From positions 11,747-75,746 of IMG/VR virus record IMGVR_UViG_3300020044_010179: a DNA stretch of 64,000 nucleotides; one strand, 5' to 3'. A program made the position numbers and the translations under genes. This stretch comes from a virus. Lineage: Duplodnaviria > Caudoviricetes. The notes beneath the pieces are model-generated. The model worked only from the letters and a program-made list of their open reading frames with translations, was not told the origin of the DNA and ran no database searches. Below are positions 1 to 8,446 of the stretch, piece by piece. Numbering within the stretch: position 1 is the stretch's first letter; every line of letters starts with the position of its first letter.

Positions 1-1
1 C

Positions 2-346
2 AGCAAATGGGCTATATGGTTTGACATATATAACAAAGCATTTTATGAAGAATTATGTCCCGTACAGGATGATTGGACAGGATATGGTCCTTGGGATTGG
101 TATTCTAATATGTTGAGTGAGTATGCTAAATCAAAAGGAGTTGATTTTCAACAATATCTTTTAAAAGGCCAAACAATTTTCGAATATCAAACAGGTCCCT
201 TAAAAGAAAGAGATTTTACTAATTATTATAAAGATTTTATAAAAGTTAAAGTAGGAGCTAAAGAACAAAGAGATAATTTTGAAGCTAAAATGCAAGAATA
301 CTTAAATAAGGGAATTCAAATGTTACAAACAAAAAATATAATATGA
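2..346 (+). CDS. 5'-truncated CDS, probable glycosyltransferase C-terminus
   Basis: Frame of ORF 110..346 is open back to position 2 (SKWAIWFDIYNKAF...GYGPWDWY). The GYGxxD motif resembles GT2/GT7 C-terminal motifs, and the neighbours are glycosyltransferases. Confidence 0.5.
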   Translation, partial: SKWAIWFDIYNKAFYEELCPVQDDWTGYGPWDWYSNMLSEYAKSKGVDFQQYLLKGQTIFEYQTGPLKERDFTNYYKDFIKVKVGAKEQRDNFEAKMQEYLNKGIQMLQTKNII

Positions 347-421
347 TTAAAGAAAACCACTCAGGAGAAAATATTGACCAATTAATCCTTTTTTTAAATA
401 AAATAGAAAACCAAAGAACGG

Positions 422-450
422 TTGGAGAATCAAAATTCCCTTATTATATT
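422..450 (+). promoter_or_regulatory. Bacteroidota-type sigma promoter (TTGG-N19-TATATT)
   Basis: TTGG 422-425, 19 nt spacer, TATATT 445-450, upstream of ORF 474. Confidence 0.6.
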
Positions 451-473
451 AAACAATAATTAAAAACACACAA

Positions 474-1394
474 ATGAAAAAATTTATAGTAACAACAACA
501 ATTAATTCACCAACAATAGCAACTCATAAATTTATTGAAATTGCTAAACGTGATAATTGGCACTTTGTAGTTGTAGGTGATACTAAAACACCACACGCTG
601 AGTATGAAAAATTAGACTGTACATACTTACACCCAGACAATCAAGAATTAATGTATCCTGAATTAAGTGAGGCTATAGGTTGGAAAACCATTCAACGTCG
701 TAATATTGGATTCGTTTATGCTTATGAACACGGAGCTGAAGTAGTAGCTACTGTTGATGATGATAATATCCCCTATGATAATTGGGGAACTGATTTATAT
801 ATTGGTAAGGAAGTTGAAGTTGATTATTACTCACCTGAAATGGATGTATTTGACCCATTATCCGTAACTAACTATCCTAATTTATGGCATAGAGGTTATC
901 CAATTGATTATTTACAAAAACGAAATAGAGTTGAGTATAAAGGTAAAAAGAAAATTACCCCATTAATTCAAGCAGATTTATGGGATGGTGATCCTGATAT
1001 TGATGCAATGTGTAGATTGACTCAAAAACCTATTTGTAAATTTAATACTACTGGACCATTTGCTGCTGATAAACCATCCCCATTTAATTCACAAAATACA
1101 TTTATTCATAGAGATGCTTTAAAACATTATGCAGTATGGCCTTATGTAGGTAGAATGGATGATATTTGGGGAGGATATTATACCCAAGATATGATTGGCC
1201 CTGATAAATTAATTTATAATAGAGCATCAGTCTATCAAGACAGAAATGTTCAAGACTTAATTGTTAATTTAGAAAAAGAAATTATTGGATATAGAAATAC
1301 ATTAAATTTTATAATAGAACCATATACTGATAATACATGTATTCCACAGGAAACACAAAAATTCTTAAATATTTACTTTAATCACTTTAAATAA
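474..1394 (+). CDS. STELLO/DUF288-like (reversibly glycosylated polypeptide-like) glycosyltransferase
   Basis: IVTTTIN, VVVGDTKTP, RRNIGF, DDDN and RMDDIW motifs typical of the STELLO/RGP family. Confidence 0.75.
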   Translation: MKKFIVTTTINSPTIATHKFIEIAKRDNWHFVVVGDTKTPHAEYEKLDCTYLHPDNQELMYPELSEAIGWKTIQRRNIGFVYAYEHGAEVVATVDDDNIPYDNWGTDLYIGKEVEVDYYSPEMDVFDPLSVTNYPNLWHRGYPIDYLQKRNRVEYKGKKKITPLIQADLWDGDPDIDAMCRLTQKPICKFNTTGPFAADKPSPFNSQNTFIHRDALKHYAVWPYVGRMDDIWGGYYTQDMIGPDKLIYNRASVYQDRNVQDLIVNLEKEIIGYRNTLNFIIEPYTDNTCIPQETQKFLNIYFNHFK

Positions 1395-1398
1395 AAAA

Positions 1399-2256
1399 AT
1401 GCAAAGTCAGTTCAACACATTAGTAAAAACACATCATATTGCTGAAATGGCTCCTTTATTTAGCTATTTTGATGAAATAAAATATGGTAATCTTAACTAT
1501 GATGCCATATGGAAATGGTCAGGTATATTAGATGCCTTTTATAAAATATATGGTGAAATTCCCGAATTTGATCAATGTATAGATATTGGGGGTGGGTTGT
1601 CTCCTATCCATTTAATAATGTCTAATTATGGAAAAGTAAAAAATGTTGATGATTGCTCCCATACAGGAGGTAAATTTTCCGGTTGGTTTCCAATAGAAGA
1701 AAACAATGTATTTTATGAAGAATCCCCTGGATTTGAGTACAATAAAGAAAACATTGAATACATCAATTCAGACTTTATTAAATACATTCAAACAGTACCA
1801 GATAATTCAATTGATTTATATGTTGATGGTTGTTCCTTAATCCACGTAGGTCCTTGCGCTAACCATAGTTTTCATGATGGTGTTAGCGAAGTAGCTTACC
1901 ATATGAATAGAACATTAAAACCAGGAGGGCATTTTATTTCTACTTGTGACATTTATAATCCTAAATTAAAAGAAAGCTACCCAGGACTATTAAGAAATGA
2001 TGGTGTTACTTACCCAGAAGCTTTATTTAAAGTCTACAGTGATTCAGGGTTAGTACCTGTAGATGAATGTGATTATGAAGTAGAAGAATTTTATAAAAAC
2101 TACAATAATAGAATTATTCCTACAGCCGATGCTCCATTCCACAAAAGATTAAACCCTTCATTCTCTCAAAATAAAAATTTACCAGATTACCATGCTTTTA
2201 GCCAAATCCAAGATTTTCCAATGTTAATAGCTAGATTTGTATTTAAAAAACCTTAA
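1399..2256 (+). CDS. Class I SAM-dependent methyltransferase
   Basis: CIDIGGG motif I, acidic VDD strand, and MNRTLKPGGHFIS motif. Confidence 0.75.
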   Translation: MQSQFNTLVKTHHIAEMAPLFSYFDEIKYGNLNYDAIWKWSGILDAFYKIYGEIPEFDQCIDIGGGLSPIHLIMSNYGKVKNVDDCSHTGGKFSGWFPIEENNVFYEESPGFEYNKENIEYINSDFIKYIQTVPDNSIDLYVDGCSLIHVGPCANHSFHDGVSEVAYHMNRTLKPGGHFISTCDIYNPKLKESYPGLLRNDGVTYPEALFKVYSDSGLVPVDECDYEVEEFYKNYNNRIIPTADAPFHKRLNPSFSQNKNLPDYHAFSQIQDFPMLIARFVFKKP

Positions 2257-2260
2257 TAAA

Positions 2261-3139
2261 ATGAAAATATCAGCAGTTATAATTTCCCGAAACGACAACT
2301 ACGGAGGTTACTTAAACGAAAGGGCAACTTATGCTCTTAACTCAGCAATTAATACTTACGATGAAGTAATTTATGTAGATTGGAATTCACCTGAATATAG
2401 TTTACTTTATGATATTAAAGATAATTTACAATTAAAAGGAAATTTAAAACACTTTGTTATTACACCTGAAGTAGCTTCAATACTAACAAATAATGACCCT
2501 CAAGCTCAAAAATGTTGTGAAGTATTAGCTCGTAATATTGGTATTAGAAGAGCAACAGGTGATTTTATTATTTCTACTAATATTGATATTATTCACCCTA
2601 AACGAGAAGATGTTGAAAAAGTAATTAATGATAGTGATAATAACACAATGATTACTTTAAGTAGAAGAGAAACAACATGGGATATAATTAAAGAATTTCA
2701 TGGTGGTGAATTAAAATACAACGAGTGGGATAAGCTTAGAGATTACATTTATATTAACTCTGAAGAACGTAAACATGAAGAAAAAACAGTATCTAGTGAT
2801 GATTATAGTATTATCAATTGTTGTGGTGATTTTCAATTAGCTCCTAAACATGTTTGGGATAGTATTCGTGGATTTGAAGAAGAATTAATATATCCTTTAT
2901 TTGCTGATACTAATGTTCAAAAGAAATCAATAATGCATGGACATGGTTTAAAAGCAATTTACAACCCCCCTATGTTTCATATTAATCATGGATCTAAAGG
3001 ATGGGGTGGTGGGGGAATCGCTGATGGGATTAATAAAAAATCAAATGATCAATATAGAGCAGTAGTTCATCAACAATTAACAGAAAATACAGATTCATGG
3101 GGTTTTGGAGATACCGAAATTGAATTTGAAATCATTTAA
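2261..3139 (+). CDS. Glycosyltransferase (GT-A fold, GT2/GT7-like)
   Basis: ISAVIISRND N-terminus, VIYVDWNS, RNIGIRRATGDFIISTNIDII, GDFQL...GFEE. ATG 2261 preferred over the 2237 start in the track. Confidence 0.75.
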   Translation: MKISAVIISRNDNYGGYLNERATYALNSAINTYDEVIYVDWNSPEYSLLYDIKDNLQLKGNLKHFVITPEVASILTNNDPQAQKCCEVLARNIGIRRATGDFIISTNIDIIHPKREDVEKVINDSDNNTMITLSRRETTWDIIKEFHGGELKYNEWDKLRDYIYINSEERKHEEKTVSSDDYSIINCCGDFQLAPKHVWDSIRGFEEELIYPLFADTNVQKKSIMHGHGLKAIYNPPMFHINHGSKGWGGGGIADGINKKSNDQYRAVVHQQLTENTDSWGFGDTEIEFEII

Positions 3140-3315
3140 AAGCTTGCTAACACACCACACCCAATGAGCCTATATATATACTATAACAAACACGATAAAA
3201 CTAAAGAACCTCACGGTAAATTTGAGGCTATTGATTTAGAGGATGCTATTTTGGTAGCTTCCCACATCAAAAACATGAATATACAAGATTTTTTAACAGT
3301 ATTTAAAGTAGAAGA

Positions 3316-3699
3316 ATGGAAGAGACGTTCAAAAAACTAAGTGAATTAATTGGAAAAGGCGGTAAGATAGAAGAGAGTGAAAAATCAATTAAACGCAAAA
3401 AGGAAAAATTCTTTTTAGATATAATTTCAATTTTGTGTGAAATTGAGGCATACCAAAAAATATCTGAAAGTGTAGGAATAAGCCTGGTTAAATATGAGGA
3501 TTTACATTTTCAAATAATTGAAGGATTGCTTGAAAAACAATATGGAGAACTAGAGAAAAACATAATTATATGGTGGGTATTTGAAAGCTTAAAAGAAAAT
3601 GGTGAAGTTTACCCTTTAGTTTCAGAAGATGGAGTCAGACACATAATTAATACACCTTTACAATTATACAAATTTTTAAAAAGATACGATGGAAAATAG
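3316..3699 (+). CDS. Hypothetical protein
   Basis: 127 aa ORF in a tightly packed + strand run. Confidence 0.6.
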   Translation: MEETFKKLSELIGKGGKIEESEKSIKRKKEKFFLDIISILCEIEAYQKISESVGISLVKYEDLHFQIIEGLLEKQYGELEKNIIIWWVFESLKENGEVYPLVSEDGVRHIINTPLQLYKFLKRYDGK

Positions 3700-3988
3700 A
3701 ATATGCATTAAATGTAAAGAGACAATAAATCCCTTAAGAATAAAGGCATTGCCAACAGCAAAAACATGTGTTGAATGTTCAACTACTGGAGCAAAACGAG
3801 GAGTACCAATGATGTTTGGTGAAAAAGACCACACGTGGACAGACATTGTTTTAATGGAACCTGAACAGTACGATGTGTATGAAAAGCACCAACAAAATTA
3901 CTTTAAGGATTCTAAAGTTGAGATGCTTGATTTTGAAAAAGAAGATGCTAAAAACGAAGAGGATATTGACTTTGACAATATAATGTAA
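3689..3988 (+). CDS. TraR/DksA-type C4 zinc-finger protein
   Basis: CIKCKETINPLRIKALPTAKTCVEC matches the CxxC...RxxAxP...CxxC finger; acidic C-tail. Confidence 0.7.
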   Translation: MENRICIKCKETINPLRIKALPTAKTCVECSTTGAKRGVPMMFGEKDHTWTDIVLMEPEQYDVYEKHQQNYFKDSKVEMLDFEKEDAKNEEDIDFDNIM

Positions 3989-3990
3989 AA

Positions 3991-4644
3991 ATGGCTCACG
4001 CAAAACCTATATCAAAAGAGGATGTACTGAGGGCAATGAAACAAACCCGCTCTGTTTTATCAGCGGCACGGTACTTAAATTGTTCCTACCAGCATTTAAA
4101 GCCGTTTATGAAGGCATATAAAGATGAGGAAACAGGTTTGTCTTTATTTGATTTACATAAAAATCAATGTGGAAAAGGTATTCCAAAATTTATGAGCAAT
4201 CATCCATTTGGAAGAAAACAACCCGCCATTGAGGATATTGTAAATGGAACAGCAGATGCTTCGTCCTTTTCACCAGATAAACTAAAGTTTAGGATGGTGG
4301 AGGCCGGATATATGATAGAGGAATGTTATTGGTGTGGGTTTAATGAAAAAAGAGAGGTTGATGGAAAAATTCCTGTAATTATGTTTTTTAAAGATGGGAA
4401 TAAGCACAATTTTAGAGATGGTAACCCACAATTATCGTGTTATAACTGCTATTTTATACGTTTAGGCAACGTTTTTACTGAGCGAGACATGGAGTCTATG
4501 GAAGGCCATCAGACCGTTTATAAAACCACGGAAATGATTGATTTTAAATTGGATGATTACCATATGAGAAAACTGGAGGAGTTAGGGGGAAATGAAAGTA
4601 GAGTTGAAACTGACCCATATGCTTTAGTTTCAAGGAAAAAGTAA
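3991..4644 (+). CDS. HTH plus degenerate HNH-like domain protein
   Basis: N-terminal VLSAARYLNCSY helix-turn-helix; CYWCG...DGNKHN...CYNC zinc-binding HNH scaffold with the catalytic His apparently replaced. Confidence 0.55.
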   Translation: MAHAKPISKEDVLRAMKQTRSVLSAARYLNCSYQHLKPFMKAYKDEETGLSLFDLHKNQCGKGIPKFMSNHPFGRKQPAIEDIVNGTADASSFSPDKLKFRMVEAGYMIEECYWCGFNEKREVDGKIPVIMFFKDGNKHNFRDGNPQLSCYNCYFIRLGNVFTERDMESMEGHQTVYKTTEMIDFKLDDYHMRKLEELGGNESRVETDPYALVSRKK

Positions 4645-4943
4645 TATTTATGATCAAAATATTATGTCTAAATCTAAAAAAGAAGGTAAACCTAAAAGAA
4701 ACAGTGTAAATCTTGCTAAGAGATTAAAGCACATTGAAAACAACGATGCAATAATAAGTAAATTGAAGGAAAATATTCATCATTAAGTGAAAAAGAAAAA
4801 ACATAATAAGTTAATAAAAGACTACGATAAACAAAAACGTCGTCACCTTGAGAAACTAGCAACAAAAATGCTAGAAAACGATGAGAAGATTAATAAATTA
4901 AAAGGAAAAAATATTAATACGGACTTTTTAAACTTATTTTAAA

Positions 4944-5258
4944 ATGGTAACAGAAATTAGTGTATTTGATAGTGAGGAATTTGAGGAATTGATTTCACAA
5001 CGTGATTTGAGAATATCAAAGGCACTTGTAGAAACTATCTTAAAGAACTTAAAAGGTAGAAAAAGACACCTACACGCCCTTACAGTATTGGTAGAGCAAG
5101 ATCAAACAATATATGATATAACAGTGGATAGAAATGATTTTATCACCACTTTAGAACAGAACCTTCCAGTATATGAAAAAAATGAACTGTATGAAGGATG
5201 TGCTGAAATAGTTACTGCTGTAAAATTTTTAAAAGGCAAGGATATTAAAAAGAAATAA
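4944..5258 (+). CDS. Hypothetical protein with C-terminal UVR-like motif
   Basis: ELYEGCAEI resembles the UVR coiled-coil motif. Confidence 0.5.
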   Translation: MVTEISVFDSEEFEELISQRDLRISKALVETILKNLKGRKRHLHALTVLVEQDQTIYDITVDRNDFITTLEQNLPVYEKNELYEGCAEIVTAVKFLKGKDIKKK

Positions 5259-5261
5259 AAG

Positions 5262-5295
5262 GGAATTGGATTTACAAAAGAATTTTTGTATATTT
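5262..5295 (+). promoter_or_regulatory. Promoter GGAA-TTGG-N19-TATATTT
   Basis: Canonical Bacteroidota -33/-7 spacing, with the same upstream GGAA seen in the early cassette promoters. Confidence 0.65.
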
Positions 5296-5312
5296 CATCT
5301 AAAAGAAAGGTT

Positions 5313-5756
5313 ATGTTAAGTGAGTTAACGTTAGAATATGAAGATGGAACAAGGGTAGTAAAAGTGGTACCAAAAAGTGAATCCACAATTTACCCCCAAA
5401 GAGACAATATTAAACATTGCACTCATAGATCTTTCAAATACGAGGTATCAAAACACCCTTATTTATGTGTTGCTATTGTAAAAATGGGAGAGGAATATAG
5501 AATTATGCCTGAAGGTATTAATTGTATTCCTGAAACTGAATTAAGTGATGTTTTGGTAATAGATAATTTACCTAAAGTTGTTGAAAAGCCTAAACAGGAA
5601 AATAAATGGATGTTTGAATCCTCAAGTGGAGATGGCTTTTATCAAGTAAGAGAGAATATGGGTAAATTAAAATGTAGTTGTCCTGGATCGTGGAGAGCAT
5701 TTGATAAAAGATGTAAACATATTAAAGAAGTAGAAAAAGAGTTAAATATAAAATAA
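5313..5756 (+). CDS. SWIM zinc-finger protein
   Basis: FYQV...CSCPG...RCKHI (CxC...CxH). ATG 5313 follows the promoter. Confidence 0.7.
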   Translation: MLSELTLEYEDGTRVVKVVPKSESTIYPQRDNIKHCTHRSFKYEVSKHPYLCVAIVKMGEEYRIMPEGINCIPETELSDVLVIDNLPKVVEKPKQENKWMFESSSGDGFYQVRENMGKLKCSCPGSWRAFDKRCKHIKEVEKELNIK

Positions 5757-5858
5757 AAATATGAGTAAAAATTCAGCAAAACAAAACACAGAGCAGTTCC
5801 AAAGTTGGTTAAGTTGGTTAAACTATATCACTAGAAAACAAGCTAAAAAGTAAATTTT

Positions 5859-5930
5859 GGTCCTATCGACTATCGGTTAGGTCGTCAGGTTTTCATCCTG
5901 GAAAGCGGGGTTCGATTCCCCGTAGGACTA
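5859..5930 (+). tRNA. trnE: tRNA-Glu (TTC)
   Basis: Acceptor GGTCCTA/TAGGACT, anticodon arm CAGG-TTTTCAT-CCTG, T-loop GGTTCGATTCC; no encoded CCA. Confidence 0.92.
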
Positions 5931-6016
5931 CAACAGCCTGTACCCTTGAGAAACTCGTATTTAAAGATAAGCAGGTTGGCTTCGAAATAAAGGGGTATTA
6001 GAATAAGAAGCAATAT

Positions 6017-6120
6017 AGTCAGGTGGCGGAATGGTAGACGCTAAAATAATGGGTAAACAGCGTGCCATTGGGGTAGAACCAAGAAAGTTACGCATACAGG
6101 TTCGAATCCTGTCCTGACCA
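6017..6120 (+). ncRNA. tRNA-like element lacking a canonical anticodon arm
   Basis: AGTCAGG/CCTGACC acceptor, Leu-type D arm GCG-GAATGGTAGA-CGC, perfect T arm ACAGG-TTCGAAT-CCTGT; a 54 nt insert replaces the anticodon and variable arms. Confidence 0.7.
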
Positions 6121-6194
6121 CAAAAAAACGTTGGTGGAAACACTAAAGAGCATAATGATATCAGCTCCAGCAGGTTAAGCGTGCCCTGCAATAT

Positions 6195-6264
6195 AGTCAG
6201 ATGGCGTGTTGGCATACGCACCCGATCATAAGGGAGATAATGGGTTCGATTCCTAATCTGACTA
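6195..6264 (+). tRNA. Degenerate tRNA-like element, CAT in anticodon loop (pseudo-tRNA-Met/Ile2)
   Basis: AGTCAGA/TCTGACT acceptor, GCGT/ACGC D stem, weak CCC/GGG stem around GATCATAA, imperfect T stem with GGTTCGATTCC. Confidence 0.5.
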
Positions 6265-6323
6265 CGCAAAAAACATTGAACTGAGTTTCCTTGCCGCAAG
6301 GTGGGTTTTACAAGTTCAACTAT

Positions 6324-6397
6324 GCGTCTGTAGCTCCAATTGGTAGAGCATCGGATTCCAAATCCGAGTGTTAGTGGTTCAAATCCATTCAGGCGTG
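6324..6397 (+). tRNA. trnW: tRNA-Trp (CCA)
   Basis: GCGTCTG/CAGGCGT acceptor, GCTC/GAGC D stem, TCGGA-TTCCAAA-TCCGA anticodon arm, GGTTCAAATCC. Confidence 0.92.
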
Positions 6398-6437
6398 CAA
6401 GTGCAAGAGTTCTTTGACATATAAAAATTTAAAAAAC

Positions 6438-6821
6438 ATGATAGAAATCACATCATATGTTTTAGGTATGCTTACGATTACAGCAGTATTATTATTGATT
6501 GCTTTAGTTGTAGGTATGGTTAAGATAAGCAAATTAGAAAAAAAAATAAGTGAACATCAAAAACAATTCGATATTGTATATGAAAATATGAGCCGCAGTG
6601 AAGAATATCTTCGTCGATTGCTTGAAGATACTCATCGCGATATCAATATGGTTGAAAAAACAATAATGAATCAAGTTCAACAAATTGATCAAGAACATCA
6701 CAAAATAGAAGATGAAATTCATCGAGAAATTGATCAAACAAAATCCTATATTGATTCTCGAATCGATAAGGTAGTATTACAAGGTTCTCTTGTGGGATCA
6801 AAAGAATTAATTAAAGGATAA
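6438..6821 (+). CDS. Membrane-anchored coiled-coil protein
   Basis: N-terminal hydrophobic helix (VLGMLTITAVLLLIALVVGM) followed by a charged heptad region. Confidence 0.6.
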   Translation: MIEITSYVLGMLTITAVLLLIALVVGMVKISKLEKKISEHQKQFDIVYENMSRSEEYLRRLLEDTHRDINMVEKTIMNQVQQIDQEHHKIEDEIHREIDQTKSYIDSRIDKVVLQGSLVGSKELIKG

Positions 6822-6851
6822 ACTAACCGTTAAAAACTCTTGTACTTTTAT

Positions 6852-6880
6852 TTGGCTTTTAAAATTTTTTTTCGTATATT
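6852..6880 (+). promoter_or_regulatory. Promoter TTGG-N19-TATATT
   Basis: TTGG 6852-6855; CGTATATT 6873-6880; upstream of ORF 6904. Confidence 0.65.
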
Positions 6881-6903
6881 CCATTATAAAAAAGGAAAAA
6901 CCA

Positions 6904-7614
6904 ATGAAAATTACATTAATCTCTGATACACATTCAAAGTATAAGCAATTGGATGGAGATCTACCTGGAGGCGAGATATTGATCCATGCCGGTGATTTCA
7001 TGAACTCAGGTTATGTTAAAACAGAGGCAACTGAATTTTTTGATTGGTTTGATGCAATAGACAATTACGATACAAAAGTACTTATTGCAGGCAATCATGA
7101 CCGAATCATGGAAAATGATCCTGAATGGGCTCAAGGTATCTTAACTGGATATAAAACAATTGAATATTTACAAGATGAAGATTTAACACTATACTATGAC
7201 GGACACAATGGAGATTTTCCAGAAGACAATGTTCACATATATGGTTCACCTTGGCAACCTGCATTTTACAATTGGGCTTTCAATTTACCACGAAATAGTG
7301 AGGAAATGAAAGCAAAGTGGGATGCTATCCCAACTAACACAGATATCTTAATTACACATGGGCCTCCATTTGGCTACCAAGATATACCAGGTGGACAGAG
7401 CATACGAGTTGGATGTGAAATGTTACGTTATCGAGTAGATGAACTCAAACCAAAAATTCATGTGTTTGGTCATATACATGGAGCAAATGGATATTACTTT
7501 AATGGACATACACATTTCTTTAATGCTTCTGTTTTAAACGAGCGATACAATTATACAAATAAACCATTTACTTTTGAATGGAATCAAGCAACAAATGAAA
7601 TAAAATGGCTATGA
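6904..7614 (+). CDS. Calcineurin-like metallophosphoesterase
   Basis: ISDTH, HAGD, IAGNHD, THGPP and FGHIH motifs. Confidence 0.9.
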   Translation: MKITLISDTHSKYKQLDGDLPGGEILIHAGDFMNSGYVKTEATEFFDWFDAIDNYDTKVLIAGNHDRIMENDPEWAQGILTGYKTIEYLQDEDLTLYYDGHNGDFPEDNVHIYGSPWQPAFYNWAFNLPRNSEEMKAKWDAIPTNTDILITHGPPFGYQDIPGGQSIRVGCEMLRYRVDELKPKIHVFGHIHGANGYYFNGHTHFFNASVLNERYNYTNKPFTFEWNQATNEIKWL

Positions 7615-7988
7615 AAATAAATCAAGATAAAGTACCATTAACATTAGATACTAGTGGTAATCTACACATGGATCAACTAGAAGATTTAGCAGAGCTACTA
7701 ACCCAAGGTAAACCTAATTGGAAGCTCGTTAGAGAAGGAGATGGATTAACCAAACATTCAGTAGACATATGTTGGATTGAGTGGAATGAAGACGGTACCT
7801 TTAAAGAAAAGCACGATACATTTGCGATTGGTCGTTCATTACTTATGTCACCATTTAATCAATTTTTTACATGGCAAACAACTCCAATAACAAAGATTAT
7901 TACTAGACGGCCGACTGCTGATATATTTTATGTTAAATTTGAAACAGAAAATAGTGTTTATAGATTAATTAAACTAAAAAATAATTAG
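7605..7988 (+). CDS. Hypothetical protein
   Basis: 127 aa ORF overlapping the upstream stop. Confidence 0.6.
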   Translation: MAMKINQDKVPLTLDTSGNLHMDQLEDLAELLTQGKPNWKLVREGDGLTKHSVDICWIEWNEDGTFKEKHDTFAIGRSLLMSPFNQFFTWQTTPITKIITRRPTADIFYVKFETENSVYRLIKLKNN

Positions 7989-7993
7989 AAAAT

Positions 7994-8233
7994 ATGGGAA
8001 AAATAATATTGGAGTTTGACTCTATTGAAGAACAAGATGATGCAAGAATGGCATTAGATGGTATTAAATGGAAAGTAGCTATGTGGGAATTAGACCAATT
8101 ACTTCGAAGTGTAACAAAATATGGTACTTTTGATGGTAGAGAAGCTACAGCAGCAGAACAAGACATGGCTTTTAAAGTAAGAGACTCTATCAGAGATATA
8201 TTAAATGAATCCAATTTAAACTTAGATGATTAA
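7994..8233 (+). CDS. Hypothetical protein
   Basis: 79 aa ORF in operon. Confidence 0.6.
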   Translation: MGKIILEFDSIEEQDDARMALDGIKWKVAMWELDQLLRSVTKYGTFDGREATAAEQDMAFKVRDSIRDILNESNLNLDD

Positions 8234-8239
8234 ATAGTT

Positions 8240-8446
8240 ATGAACAAATGGTATAATTATGGGAAGTGGAGACATCCTGAAAAACGTAAAGAACTAATGA
8301 AAAATATGAATAAAGAACAAGCAAAAGACGAGTTAATCAAAGTATTGTACTCTCAAGTAGTAGATCTAACCATGATGTCCAAAATTGAATTGGGAGATGA
8401 TGTGATAGCAGAAATTAAACGACTAAACGAGATTATCAATGGATAA
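8240..8446 (+). CDS. Hypothetical protein
   Basis: 68 aa ORF overlapping the thyA start. Confidence 0.55.
   Translation: MNKWYNYGKWRHPEKRKELMKNMNKEQAKDELIKVLYSQVVDLTMMSKIELGDDVIAEIKRLNEIING

Noticed and set aside
3689-3988. Functional DksA/TraR RNA polymerase regulator
   Set aside because: Only the zinc finger is present; the coiled coil with the DxxDxA tip that normally precedes it is absent
5931-6000. Canonical HDV-like/theta ribozyme after tRNA-Glu
   Set aside because: No 3 bp P3 with a TYCHCGY loop and no G-started P1; kept only as an unassigned structure
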